Assembly: GCA_002497905.1 (NCBI GenBank)
Contig: DAFJ01000024.1
Location: 260-64,259 of the forward strand
Origin: Euryarchaeota archaeon UBA251
GTDB lineage: Archaea; Thermoplasmatota; Poseidoniia; Poseidoniales; Thalassarchaeaceae
DNA length: 64,000 bases
Direction: 5' to 3'
Below are positions 21,901-30,867 of the stretch, piece by piece. The notes below the pieces were generated by a model. It was not told where the DNA came from and ran no database searches. It saw only the letters and a list, made by a program, of their open reading frames with translations. A program made the position numbers and the translations under genes. Position 1 is the first letter of the stretch, and each line of letters opens with the position of its first letter.

Positions 21901-22086
21901 TTTGTTCTCCTCGGCATCAGCCAGCCAGCCGACTATATGTCCACCTGCCACAATTCTGTGTGCACAGGGGCTTCGTGACTTTGGTTTGTAACTCGAGATG
22001 ATTCCACATTCGAAATCAACCACTTCGTTCAGCGCACTCCCGTCGAATGTGCGGTCTATGGGGTCTCCATGGGGTAGGTCAAACAT
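18907..22086 (-). CDS. Large coiled-coil protein with internal Roadblock-like and PATAN/DUF4388-like domains
   Basis: GVIAALAFEDGVLIHS (Roadblock-like), LISMLSTAKTEEITGHL...ILLIDG (PATAN-like), several hundred residues of E/R/L heptads; no Walker A. Confidence 0.7.
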   Translation of the reverse strand: MFDLPHGDPIDRTFDGSALNEVVDFECGIISSYKPKSRSPCAHRIVAGGHIVGWLADAEENKHYLGGHAAKARLVELEDAHELRHKAYTLLLEEVRSLIDGIPECLADPALMGTLGLAGRRLPAATHDWPLVVDVLESETGVIAALAFEDGVLIHSSGETPADPDALSADLDAQMRGMDALTQLMGASPAPWYRQAFDEHEMTVARDGTAGLALWTTGGADPMTLLMNAAGMIEPAENDADAEIVAPSDGFIVREGKGGVDALISMLSTAKTEEITGHLKSEGKGEPVSILLIDGLPSGIYSTVEELAASIRNISSPSADLQLHRLERSARLTLGRGNIEGFTLEAMCHSIATVRTRSESRRDLLTDRLDRLYRFEMGMDAVASSKIQWRLLDTGGRATAKILPSSAAGKVLQPEDRQVLDRIRRLEDDKIGLERDRGRLERMLEEEQTQRTQSDETLAQKTALLDEATNRARSLNDELDQARLIVQRAGESSEADRTRADSLAKRVAELEHLVERKASEIASAIGESKKREELSTELEEIMKKEVETRATLNDAESRLDEVRTALNEDERVQRVLSEQVASLRDRHRLAEAETKEAEVRMRNHRAEVAALEGDLHTLRRQIDEDRGRTNDLERRQSLLQTELKELMSERRTLMRELGDLDARKAQAEAELREMIADAEELTDAHEQALVDIAEADRIRARLQEEPLARALLDDEGLRALEPVLERMESARNRGLSMVLLDRAVERGLAVIQHTVDEVAATPRHLLSTEVMDLLEQQAPETASAVRGLTRWSVQQRLHHMLGQIVNDVVLDLEDIIRGYEEAATTIGQMRDVLRSLNDLGMPGSRIEAIERMLTRPETLPRIAAETQALIQSALDDIYIDADQRDAGQSVDLASTIEALERMAKRLEALSSEEGGFHGPIWRFQRSGMLPFETGRLVGVQRPEIDDRALQEMDPERKEENSKVERNDGEVRSTWEPLPEPSETHGVSISNRSDLGLVPTSAILGSKEVQDLHETERQLREVDSMSEHRQSIRNGVPMPADPNQRDALSSLEDDLADLDI

Positions 22087-22090
22087 TTCA

Positions 22091-22417
22091 TCACCTCAAC
22101 AAATTGGCAAGATCGCCTCGCGTTCTCCTGACTTCGTGGGCACAACGCCCAAGACGTCTTGGGGAATCAGTCTTCATCCAGAGCAATGCGTCGTCCCCTG
22201 TTCTTGAAGCGATGACCGCCCCTTGTTCAGACTCAATCCACCACTCTTGTAGCTGCCCAATTCCCGATTCACGTGCTAGACGTTCGACTGTAGTCCATGA
22301 AGGGACGGAGGATATTCCGTCTTTAGAAGGAGTAATCATTGTACCGTCTAGTTTCTCCATCCATGATTCGACCACACCAGGGAGGTGGGTATATGCGCGA
22401 ACGACGTTCTCAATCAT
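22091..22417 (-). CDS. Roadblock/LC7 (MglB-like) protein
   Basis: LPGVVES...DG, GIGQLQEWWIESEQGAVI...GDDALL...LGRCAHEVRR. Confidence 0.7.
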   Translation of the reverse strand: MIENVVRAYTHLPGVVESWMEKLDGTMITPSKDGISSVPSWTTVERLARESGIGQLQEWWIESEQGAVIASRTGDDALLWMKTDSPRRLGRCAHEVRRTRGDLANLLR

Positions 22418-22518
22418 GCTATCTAAAGAGGTTCAGGTTGTATTCGACTTCAAGAACTTGCCCCTGAAAGGGGCCACAGATAGTGTTTCGAGGGTTTCTT
22501 GTCTGGTGCCGAGAATCT

Positions 22519-22620
22519 GAATTGGAATCATTATCCAATTGGAGGAATCTAACTTCCCACTTCTAATTTCTAAAAGTGTATTTTCCAATTGAAAAATCTA
22601 ATTTCTAATTGATTAATTGA
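22519..22620. promoter_or_regulatory. AT-rich divergent intergenic region with repeated TCCAATTG and TCTAATTTC motifs
   Basis: TCCAATTGGA at 22534 and TCCAATTGAA at 22584; TCTAATTTCTAA at 22562 and 22597. Confidence 0.55.
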
Positions 22621-22636
22621 ACGATTCGTTGAAGCC

Positions 22637-23653
22637 ATGAAGCCACTACCGAGATTCGTGCCCAGTGCTCTCGAAGTCACTTCCTGTTCTCGTTGTTCTC
22701 GTGATTCCATCATACATCAGATATACAGCGGGCAGCATCTCTGTGGTAGTCACCTCGTCGAATTGATTCACAAACGTGTATCGAAGACATTACGACGTCA
22801 ACTCCCCCTTCCAAAGAATGCACTGTCGACTCTTGGACGACCATATCGGGTGCTTGTAGCGGTGAGCGGTGGCAAGGATTCCGCTCTTATGTTGCATTTA
22901 CTTCATCGGATTCTCGGTAAGCGACGTGATGTAGAGATTATTGCTGGAGTGGTAGACGAGGGTATCGAAGGTTATCGTGCACCGTCGGTAGATTGTGCAC
23001 AATCCCTTTGCGATCATTTAGGCATCCGTCTCGAGAGAATATCGTATCCAGATCTTTCTTTTCCAAAGATGGATAATCTTGTCCAATCTCTTCCTCAGGT
23101 AGGTGAATCGAATGATGAGGTGAATGGTATGATGCCGTGTAGTTTCTGTGGAGTATTTCGCCGCCAAGGCCTCAATGCACTTGCTGAAAGGGTAGGAGCA
23201 GATGTCATGGCTTTGGGTCACAATCTCGATGATGTTGCTCAATCTATTCTCATGAATCTTCAGAAGGGAGAGGTTGATCGAACAATTCGACTAGCTCCGC
23301 ATACTGAACAGAAGATTGACGGGTTAACGCCAAGAATTGTACCTCTTCGCTGGATTCCAGAACAGGAGATACACGCTGCTGCAATTCAACTTGATCTACC
23401 CATTCATCATGGAAACTGCCCTCATGCTGGCGGAGCGCTTCGACAGAGGAGTCGTTTGATAGTTGCTGAAATTGAACGGGATGTTCCAGGCAGCCGTCAT
23501 GGGTTACTACAATCCATGGATCGAATCAAGGAACTTGCTCGTGAATCTAATGTTTCAAACAATGAGTCAATCCGTTCCTGTGAGAATTGTGGCCAGCCGA
23601 CGAACCGCCCTATTTGTCAAGCTTGTACTATGCGAGAATGGTTCATGGATTGA
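22637..23653 (+). CDS. tRNA 2-thiolation protein (NcsA/TtuA/Ctu1, TIGR00269 family)
   Basis: N-terminal CxxC..C.H, AVSGGKDS PP-loop, CSFCGVFRR, GHNLDD, C-terminal CxxC...CxxC. Confidence 0.9.
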   Translation: MKPLPRFVPSALEVTSCSRCSRDSIIHQIYSGQHLCGSHLVELIHKRVSKTLRRQLPLPKNALSTLGRPYRVLVAVSGGKDSALMLHLLHRILGKRRDVEIIAGVVDEGIEGYRAPSVDCAQSLCDHLGIRLERISYPDLSFPKMDNLVQSLPQVGESNDEVNGMMPCSFCGVFRRQGLNALAERVGADVMALGHNLDDVAQSILMNLQKGEVDRTIRLAPHTEQKIDGLTPRIVPLRWIPEQEIHAAAIQLDLPIHHGNCPHAGGALRQRSRLIVAEIERDVPGSRHGLLQSMDRIKELARESNVSNNESIRSCENCGQPTNRPICQACTMREWFMD

Positions 23654-23719
23654 GTATTTCTTACAGAAAAGAAAATCCCCAATATGGGACCACTGTCATT
23701 TTTACCCACTTCTGAAAGA

Positions 23720-25144
23720 TCATTCAATGGGGCGTTGTATTGCCTTTATCTCAAGGAACTCATCTAGACCTTCCACGCCAAGTTCTCGCCCATTCCCCGA
23801 TTGCTTGTAGCCGCCAAATGGTGCACTGACATTGAATGGTCCACCGTTTATGCTTACTTGACCAGTGCGCATACCCTTTGCGAATGCCATCGCTCGTTCG
23901 GAATCGCCTGACCAGACGCCGCCAGAAAGCCCGTAGATTGAATCGTTTGCTAGGGCAAGTGCCTCTTCTTCAGATTCGTATGTTGTAATTGTCATTACAG
24001 GGCCGAAAACCTCCTCTTTCCAGATTGTCATTTCAGGAGTGACGTCAGCAAAGGCAGTTGGCCGAACAAAGAAACCAGTTTCGATACCATCTGGCATCCC
24101 GGTACCTCCTGCAATCATTGTCGCACCTTGATCAATAGCCGATTGTATGTAACTGCGGACACTAGCTTGCTGTTTCGCAGATACCATTGGTCCACAGCGT
24201 GTATTCTCATCTAGTGGATCACCTGGAGTGTAGCCTTCTACACGCTTTTTGACTAACTCTAGAATCTCCTCTTTGTGTGCTACTGGGATAATGAGTCGAG
24301 TTAGTGCAGAACAGGTCTGGCCTGAGTTTTGGTAGCAGGCGCCAATCGATGATTTTGCAGCACGGATAACATCAGCGTCGTCGAGTATTACATTCGCGGA
24401 TTTCCCTCCAAGTTCAAGGGTCACGCGCTTCACAGTCGGTGCAGCCGCCCGAGAGACACGGATGCCAGCGCCGGTGGATCCGGTGAACGAAACCATGTCG
24501 ACATCTGGATGTCCCGAGAGAATCTCTCCAACCTCACTACCGTGTCCACTGACTAGGTTGAATACCCCTGGTGGGAGGCCAATGTCATGGAGAATATCAG
24601 CGAGTAAGAATGCGTTTAGTGGAGCCTCTTTGGATGGCTTGAGTACCATGGTGCAGCCGGCAGCAAGTGCAGGAGCTACCTTGCCGACAATCTGGTGGAG
24701 TGGAAAGTTCCACGGAGTGATGAAAGCACATACTCCTACAGGTTCCTTCGTGATAATCGAGTTTCGGACTTCATGCTCCCATTCGTAGGATTCAAGCATT
24801 TTCGCGTAAGATCTTGCAACAACGCGTGGAGTACCAACCATCGCCATACGGCTGTAGCCAATTGGTGTCCCAACTTCCGCTGTTATTGTCTGTGCTAACT
24901 CCTCGGTGAGTTCCTTGAGAGCCAACGAAAGGTCGTTGAGAGCAGACATACGAGTTTCGATGCTACTGTTAGCCCATTCCGGGAAGGCGCGTTTCGCCGC
25001 GGCAACTGCGAGATCTACATCTGCTGCCGATCCGGCGGGAACAGAACCGATGACCTGCTCGGTTGTGGGGTTGATAACCTCAATCGTTCCATCACCCTGA
25101 GAGGCAATCCATGCTCCATCGATGTACAGTTCTTCGCGTTGCAT
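23720..25144 (-). CDS. Aldehyde dehydrogenase family protein
   Basis: ITPWNFP, FTGSTGAG, LELGGKS, NSGQTCSA, EEVFGPV, PFGGYKQSGNGRE. Confidence 0.93.
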   Translation of the reverse strand: MQREELYIDGAWIASQGDGTIEVINPTTEQVIGSVPAGSAADVDLAVAAAKRAFPEWANSSIETRMSALNDLSLALKELTEELAQTITAEVGTPIGYSRMAMVGTPRVVARSYAKMLESYEWEHEVRNSIITKEPVGVCAFITPWNFPLHQIVGKVAPALAAGCTMVLKPSKEAPLNAFLLADILHDIGLPPGVFNLVSGHGSEVGEILSGHPDVDMVSFTGSTGAGIRVSRAAAPTVKRVTLELGGKSANVILDDADVIRAAKSSIGACYQNSGQTCSALTRLIIPVAHKEEILELVKKRVEGYTPGDPLDENTRCGPMVSAKQQASVRSYIQSAIDQGATMIAGGTGMPDGIETGFFVRPTAFADVTPEMTIWKEEVFGPVMTITTYESEEEALALANDSIYGLSGGVWSGDSERAMAFAKGMRTGQVSINGGPFNVSAPFGGYKQSGNGRELGVEGLDEFLEIKAIQRPIE

Positions 25145-25214
25145 CGGTCTTCCTGAGGAATACGTATCTTATGACCTTCATGGACTTCAATAACGTAGAC
25201 CTCCACCGCGAAGT

Positions 25215-26012
25215 ATGACTGTCGGCGTGGTAACCCAGGGTCAAACTGCGGTCGTGACGTTGTCAGAAGAAGCCTCTAACAACGCCTTCGATGCGGTCTC
25301 AATGGCGGCAATATCGGCCGAACTTACACGTCTGATGGATGATCCTGACATCAGATCCATCGTGATTACCGGGTCTGGTCGTGTGTTTTGTGCTGGTGCT
25401 GACATTCAGTCATTCAAGTATGCAATCGAGGATGGCTCTGCAGCGGACCTTGTTGCTACCTTGACCGGTATCCTTCATCCACTCCTTGTTCGTATGCGTG
25501 GCGATCCTACTGTTATGGTGGCAGCCATGAATGGAGCTGCTGCTGGAGGAGGTCTCGGGCTTGCATTAGCTTGTGATGTCCGCATCGCATCAACTAACGC
25601 ACGTATGGCCTCTGCATTCTTCCGGCTTGGACTCTCTCCAGATGGTGGAACTACGTGGCTTCTTCCACGTCTTGTGGGTATCCAGAATACTCGTCGTTTT
25701 CTCTTTGAAGATCAGACCTGGAGTGCAGAGGAAGCTTTGGATTTAGGTGCAGTCGATGAGGTTGTTGAAGCTGATGAACTCATACCTCGTGCGATTCGTA
25801 TTGCGATGGATTGGGGGCGCTGGTCTGATCAATCAAAGAGGTCTACAAAGCAGTTGTTGGATTCTCAATCCTCGACTTTCTTTGAGACTCAATTAGAATT
25901 TGAACGAATGCTCATTACGGAATCAAGCCGTTCACCCGACTTTGTCGAAGGTGTCGAATCTTTCCTCGAGAAGCGCGATCCAATCTTCCATTCTTCTGAT
26001 GAATCAGAATAA
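25215..26012 (+). CDS. Enoyl-CoA hydratase/isomerase (PaaG-like)
   Basis: FCAGADI, NGAAAGGG, GLSPDGGTTWLLPRLVG (Asp at the PaaG catalytic position). Confidence 0.85.
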   Translation: MTVGVVTQGQTAVVTLSEEASNNAFDAVSMAAISAELTRLMDDPDIRSIVITGSGRVFCAGADIQSFKYAIEDGSAADLVATLTGILHPLLVRMRGDPTVMVAAMNGAAAGGGLGLALACDVRIASTNARMASAFFRLGLSPDGGTTWLLPRLVGIQNTRRFLFEDQTWSAEEALDLGAVDEVVEADELIPRAIRIAMDWGRWSDQSKRSTKQLLDSQSSTFFETQLEFERMLITESSRSPDFVEGVESFLEKRDPIFHSSDESE

Positions 26013-26279
26013 TTCAGCAGAGGATTCAATCCGTCTAAGCTGTGTAACTCGTAATGCGACTAGTGCGACACATGCCCCTGCAGCAATGTTCGATCCGATA
26101 ATTGCGAGTGAATTAATTAGAAATCCGTAGATTATCCATAGGACTAAGGCGATACAGATTGCTAAGAGGGTTGGTATTGAGATACCATCGTGAAGCCGTT
26201 GAACCATTACGCGATGGAGTTGTGGAAGCCAAGCGACGACACCGAGTAATCCGGCCATAGCACCGATTGCTTCAATCAT
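26004..26279 (-). CDS. SemiSWEET / PQ-loop family transporter
   Basis: Three TM; WLPQ, GIS, LWIIYG, IIGSN. Confidence 0.8.
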   Translation of the reverse strand: MIEAIGAMAGLLGVVAWLPQLHRVMVQRLHDGISIPTLLAICIALVLWIIYGFLINSLAIIGSNIAAGACVALVALRVTQLRRIESSAELF

Positions 26280-26303
26280 GACATCTGAAAGCACTGCGTC
26301 ACC

Positions 26304-27191
26304 TCAGAGATTGTGGTCACGATCACTTTTCTCACCTTTTGACCAATCATAGATACCTCGTCCGGTTTTCTTTCCGAGTTCACCATCTTCAACCAGTTGG
26401 TTGAGTAGTGGATGCGGGAGATATCGAGTATCATCGAAGGCCTTTGCAAGGTTGTTTAGGATATCTCTGCGAACATCGAGGCCTACAAGATCAGTTAGTT
26501 CCAAGGGTCCCATCGGGTGCCTGTATCCTAATCGCATCGCTGTGTCAATGTCGCTAGCAGAAGCGACGCCGTCCGCTAGCATACGAATTGCTTCGTTTCC
26601 GAGCACGACACCGAGCCGACTCGTGGCGAACCCTGGCACATCTCGGACTAGGATAGAGGTCTTGTCTAGATGTTCAGCGATACTTCGAGCCGCTTCGATG
26701 GTCTCATCACTCGTGCCATCATGTTGGATGAGTTCGAGGAGTGCCATCAACGGAACCGGATTGAAGAAGTGCATGCCGATGACACTTTGTGGCCTTGTGG
26801 TTACTTCTGCAATTTCTCCGATGGGGAGTCCAGAGGTATTACTTCCAAGGATTGCATGTGCAGGTGCTGCAGCATCGATTCTTTGGAAAATCTCTCTCTT
26901 TAGATCCATAATCTCTGGAACTGCTTCGATAACTAGATCTGCTTCACATACAGCGTCCTCAAGAGAATTTGTAGGGTGAAGATTTGCACTCCATTCAGAC
27001 TTTTGATTCTCGGTGGTCTTACCCCTAGCGATGCCCTTGTCCCAGAATGCATGTATACGTTCCATCCCTCGTTCAAGACCTTCAGGAAACGCATCATGGA
27101 GGTGTGTCTTCCAACCGGTTTGAGCACAGATTTGGGCGATACCCGCCCCCATCGTCCCGGCTCCAATCACGGCGACGGTTCGTATGTCCAT
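26304..27191 (-). CDS. 3-hydroxyacyl-CoA dehydrogenase
   Basis: GAGTMGAGIA, IEAVPE, SNTS, GMHFFNPVP, PMGPLELTDLVGLD. Confidence 0.93.
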   Translation of the reverse strand: MDIRTVAVIGAGTMGAGIAQICAQTGWKTHLHDAFPEGLERGMERIHAFWDKGIARGKTTENQKSEWSANLHPTNSLEDAVCEADLVIEAVPEIMDLKREIFQRIDAAAPAHAILGSNTSGLPIGEIAEVTTRPQSVIGMHFFNPVPLMALLELIQHDGTSDETIEAARSIAEHLDKTSILVRDVPGFATSRLGVVLGNEAIRMLADGVASASDIDTAMRLGYRHPMGPLELTDLVGLDVRRDILNNLAKAFDDTRYLPHPLLNQLVEDGELGKKTGRGIYDWSKGEKSDRDHNL

Positions 27192-27192
27192 A

Positions 27193-28119
27193 TCATTCGA
27201 CAGTTATTGCCTGTACATCACCCTTCGCGCTCTGAGCGAATGCAACACCTCCGACGATTAGAACAAAGGCAAGTAGGAGACTCCACCCCAACTTCTCATC
27301 TAATAGGATCCAACCACTCAGAATTCCAAACAATGGAACCAGATAGACGTAGAGTGCGGCAGGCCCGGCTCCGATTGTTCGGATACCTTCTGCATACCAT
27401 ACATAGGATACAACAGTAGATAGAATGGCAAGGAAGAGGATTGCTGCCAATGCTTCTGTGGATGGTATGACCCATTGGCTTGATGCACCTTCCCAGATGA
27501 ATCCAGGTGTCAGAAATATGAGACCAGTAATCGATGACCAGACGGTGATGCGCAGTGGTGACATTGGTTTTTCACCATCTGGCGCGCTAGTCATACCTCG
27601 CTTCATTGCAATTGCAGATGCTGACCATGACAGTGCTGCCAACATTATGAACAAATCACCCAAAATTCGTGTGCCATTTGGTATGTCTATGTTCGGTGAT
27701 TGGAGGAAGAGAATCGCAACACCAGCGATTGCGAAAATGATCCCCGTTCCGAGTCGAGAAGTCATCTTCTCGTTAAGGAAGAAGATGGCTAGTATTGCAG
27801 TAAATAGTGGGTTAAATGTAATCATTAGTGATGCATCACCTGCTGCAGTCCGCTCCATGCCGAGCATGAAGAATACCTGGTAAAGAAAGGTTGAGAAGAA
27901 GCCGACAAAGGCTACGATTTTCCATTCTCTCATGTTTGGTAATGTAAAACGTCCAGTCGAAGCTAGCCAAGTGATGAATGCTAGGACGGCAACGAGGTAA
28001 CGGAGCCAAGATGCAGTGAAGGTGGGTATTTCTTGAGCAAGAACCCGTCCTGCCACCCAGCCAACGCCCCATATAGCGGCAACTACGACCAACCTAAGAT
28101 GGACAGTGAGGTGTTGCAC
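27193..28119 (-). CDS. DMT/EamA family transporter
   Basis: About 10 TM, IWG, PLFTAILAIFFLNEK, LVPLFG...LLDEK; start uncertain. Confidence 0.88.
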   Translation of the reverse strand: MQHLTVHLRLVVVAAIWGVGWVAGRVLAQEIPTFTASWLRYLVAVLAFITWLASTGRFTLPNMREWKIVAFVGFFSTFLYQVFFMLGMERTAAGDASLMITFNPLFTAILAIFFLNEKMTSRLGTGIIFAIAGVAILFLQSPNIDIPNGTRILGDLFIMLAALSWSASAIAMKRGMTSAPDGEKPMSPLRITVWSSITGLIFLTPGFIWEGASSQWVIPSTEALAAILFLAILSTVVSYVWYAEGIRTIGAGPAALYVYLVPLFGILSGWILLDEKLGWSLLLAFVLIVGGVAFAQSAKGDVQAITVE

Positions 28120-28149
28120 ACGATGCCGTCCATGTTTACGATGAATCAA

Positions 28150-28710
28150 TCATTCGCGTCCATATGCAGCAAGCGCGGCTTGGAAGAGACGCTGTCTAGG
28201 CACGTCATGCTCCAAGAAGCACGTGAATGGAGCTAGGTCCTTCAGTAGCTCGATAGTACCAACATAGGCTCCATAGATGAATGGGTCAGCCTCCTCAGTC
28301 GCAGGTATCTCAAATCCGAGTTTTGCTAGCCCCTTACGTGTATCCTCATCCCATATTGCATATGTGTGGCTAGTGAAGTGCAGGTAAGCAGAAAGCCGTC
28401 GTAAATCGGAGGTCATTACATCGTCTAGGCTTTCGAATAGTAGGGTATCTGGATAGCGAATTGCAAGAAGGAATAGGCGTAGCATTATCTCCTGTTCACT
28501 AGATATTTTCAGTTCTTCTAACCCCATCCATTCGTCGATTAGGCCAAACATATGATTGGGATATGGACGATACACCTTGTAGAGTAACTCTTCGTAACCT
28601 TCGGGATCTTCTTCGGCTTGGTGATGGTGCATCTCGAAGAGTTCGGGGACTCTCTCAAAGAAGGGGCGTAGACGATTACGGTCAACAGCAAGAAGGGATA
28701 GTGTCTGCAT
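28150..28710 (-). CDS. Hypothetical protein
   Basis: 186-aa ORF co-oriented between boxB-like and DMT genes; SAYLHF...YAIWD motif. Confidence 0.65.
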   Translation of the reverse strand: MQTLSLLAVDRNRLRPFFERVPELFEMHHHQAEEDPEGYEELLYKVYRPYPNHMFGLIDEWMGLEELKISSEQEIMLRLFLLAIRYPDTLLFESLDDVMTSDLRRLSAYLHFTSHTYAIWDEDTRKGLAKLGFEIPATEEADPFIYGAYVGTIELLKDLAPFTCFLEHDVPRQRLFQAALAAYGRE

Positions 28711-28736
28711 TTCTCACACGCTCCGATGGATTAGAA

Positions 28737-29882
28737 TTACTCCTTCCATTCACGATATTGAATCCATTCAACACCGGGGGCCATGTATTCTTCCATGAGT
28801 TTCTTTTCATCCGCTTCTGTAGGAAGGTTATCGTCAAGGTATTTTTGCCACTCAGAATCGCTTCCTTCGAATGGTTCGCCAGTGATAGTGTAGCGTTTGT
28901 CTGAGTACATGCCGATACCTCGATTGAATTTGTCTGAAGGACAGAACAACTCAGGTTCGCCTTCTTTCCTAGCCTTACTTGTCCGCTTCATGTCTGCACG
29001 GATTTCATCGAAGTAGAGCATGCGACTTGCTTCGTTTAGGTGCTCTCGATCAGCCTTTTCGGAAGATTCGCGCTCATCATATCTGCCCTTAACTCCATAG
29101 ACGTAAGCCCATTGAGCGGAAGTCGACTCATCTGTTCCAAATAGGTCAAGGCCGGTGCTGACCCATTTGTTGATGTATTTCTGAAGGAAGGCGACAGGAA
29201 TCACACCAGCTCTCACGATTCTGCGGATTCCATTTGCTCCGGTGCCTAAGTGGAAAGACTCTTCTTTTAGCATGGGTCCCATTGAAGCAGCCAGAGGCTG
29301 GAACGAACTTGTTGAGAGCATCTTGAGTTGATACTTCCCATCTCGGTCGATGAACTGGGTGAAGCAGAAGAAATCGAGCCAGTGATCAATTGGAGCGTTG
29401 AATGAACCAAGAAGACGGGTACCATCCTGTGCGTTTCTTTCAAGGAGTTTCGCGGCTTCTCTTACACCCTGTTCGCCGAAGTATGTGCAGAGGAGGTAAG
29501 CCATTTGCCATCCGTGGCGTTGTTCTTCACACATGATTCGAAGTGCGGACTTTCGATCGTACTCGGTCGGGGCAGTTGCAAGGAGATGGTTTTGCTGTTC
29601 GACGGAGGCGAATTCAGTGTCGCCCTGAACACTGACCATGGTTAGGATAGCATCGATAATGTTCTGTTGGGGGATTTGCATTCGGCGTTTCCATTTGGGC
29701 ATGCCCGCGAAATCACCGAATTCGATTGTATCTCCTGCGGAATCCCAATCAAAGCGAATTTCGAAGCGGTAGTCCCCAAGCCAAGATGGATCGAAGCCGA
29801 TACGAGTTTGCCAATCTTGGAATTCTTGGACCCACCCCTCAAAGTTGGGATGGTAATTCTCTACAATCTCAGTGGTGCTCAT
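28737..29882 (-). CDS. BoxB/PaaA-family diiron ring-CoA epoxidase (BoxB-like)
   Basis: QGDTEFASVEQQ, EEQRH, LLGSFN, FIDRDGKYQL, EESFH: two ExxH motifs and BoxB-type signatures. Confidence 0.85.
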   Translation of the reverse strand: MSTTEIVENYHPNFEGWVQEFQDWQTRIGFDPSWLGDYRFEIRFDWDSAGDTIEFGDFAGMPKWKRRMQIPQQNIIDAILTMVSVQGDTEFASVEQQNHLLATAPTEYDRKSALRIMCEEQRHGWQMAYLLCTYFGEQGVREAAKLLERNAQDGTRLLGSFNAPIDHWLDFFCFTQFIDRDGKYQLKMLSTSSFQPLAASMGPMLKEESFHLGTGANGIRRIVRAGVIPVAFLQKYINKWVSTGLDLFGTDESTSAQWAYVYGVKGRYDERESSEKADREHLNEASRMLYFDEIRADMKRTSKARKEGEPELFCPSDKFNRGIGMYSDKRYTITGEPFEGSDSEWQKYLDDNLPTEADEKKLMEEYMAPGVEWIQYREWKE

Positions 29883-29963
29883 GTTTAGTAGGGGGTGGAT
29901 GGTGGTATTTCAACATCAGCCATGGCCCGTGGAAAGCCATCCTGCGAGCAGGTGACTGGAATC

Positions 29964-30824
29964 TTAGTTTCCGGAGAAGCGCGGAGTTTCCTTTTCGACA
30001 TAGGCTTTGATTCCGGCCTTTGCATCATCCGATTGGAAGAGATCGGACTGGAGTTCACGCTCTAGCGCAAGATGATACTCCAATGGAATCTCCATCCCAC
30101 TCTGCACGCTTCGCTTGATGTTCCCAATGGCCTTAGCTGCAGCGAAAGGAAGGGTGAATCGACCAGCATAGTCTAGGGTATCTTGTCGGTATTCTTCGAG
30201 AGTCATACTGTCATATATGTCGTGCACTAGATCCATTTCTTTGGCCTCTTCAAACGAGAATTTTCGACCAGTGACCATGATCTCCATCGCTTTCGCTTTA
30301 CCGACGAGACGTGAAAGTCGAGCAGTACCACCTGTGCCTGCGAGGACACCAAGGGAGACCTCTGGAAGTCCTACCTGGAAGTTGCCCTTGCGACCAATGC
30401 GAATATCTGCTGCCATGGCGATTTCAAGGCCACCACCAACAGTATGGCCGTTCAGAGCAGCGATAACGAGTTTTGGGGTCTGTTCTAGGCGAGAGAGAGT
30501 TTCGTTTGCATGGAGGCAGAAGAAGTACTTGTAGCGCGGCGTGAGTTTGTTGAGATACTTGATGCTAGCACCAGCTGAAAAGAATTTGTCACCGTGTCCA
30601 GTGAGAAGTATTACTGAAACATCATCATCAAATCGAGCTGCAAGGATTGCGTCATCGATATCGTGCCACATTTCGCGAGTGTAGGTATTCACCGACGTCT
30701 TGTCGCCTTCAAGCGGTTCACCATCCGAATCGGAGATAAGTTCGATGATGGCGACACCATTGTCACTCACACCGTAGTTCACAAGTCGGTTCTTCATAGG
30801 CTTCAGTTCAGGCCACTCTGACAT
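29964..30824 (-). CDS. Crotonase-family protein resembling the BoxC N-terminal domain
   Basis: FFSAGASI...YKYFFCLHANET, GGGLEIA, LPEVSLGVLAGTGGT; start moved to ATG 30824. Confidence 0.75.
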   Translation of the reverse strand: MSEWPELKPMKNRLVNYGVSDNGVAIIELISDSDGEPLEGDKTSVNTYTREMWHDIDDAILAARFDDDVSVILLTGHGDKFFSAGASIKYLNKLTPRYKYFFCLHANETLSRLEQTPKLVIAALNGHTVGGGLEIAMAADIRIGRKGNFQVGLPEVSLGVLAGTGGTARLSRLVGKAKAMEIMVTGRKFSFEEAKEMDLVHDIYDSMTLEEYRQDTLDYAGRFTLPFAAAKAIGNIKRSVQSGMEIPLEYHLALERELQSDLFQSDDAKAGIKAYVEKETPRFSGN

Positions 30825-30867
30825 ACATCGCCCAACGGAACGGGGCATAAGAAGTTGAGGTCGAGTA

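Noticed and set aside
18907..22086. SMC/Rad50 ATPase
   Set aside because: No Walker A/B, signature motif or hinge recognised
22047..22520. 157-aa plus-strand ORF
   Set aside because: Antisense to the better supported Roadblock gene
22519..22620. CRISPR array or leader
   Set aside because: Only two degenerate units, no regular spacers, no cas genes in the window
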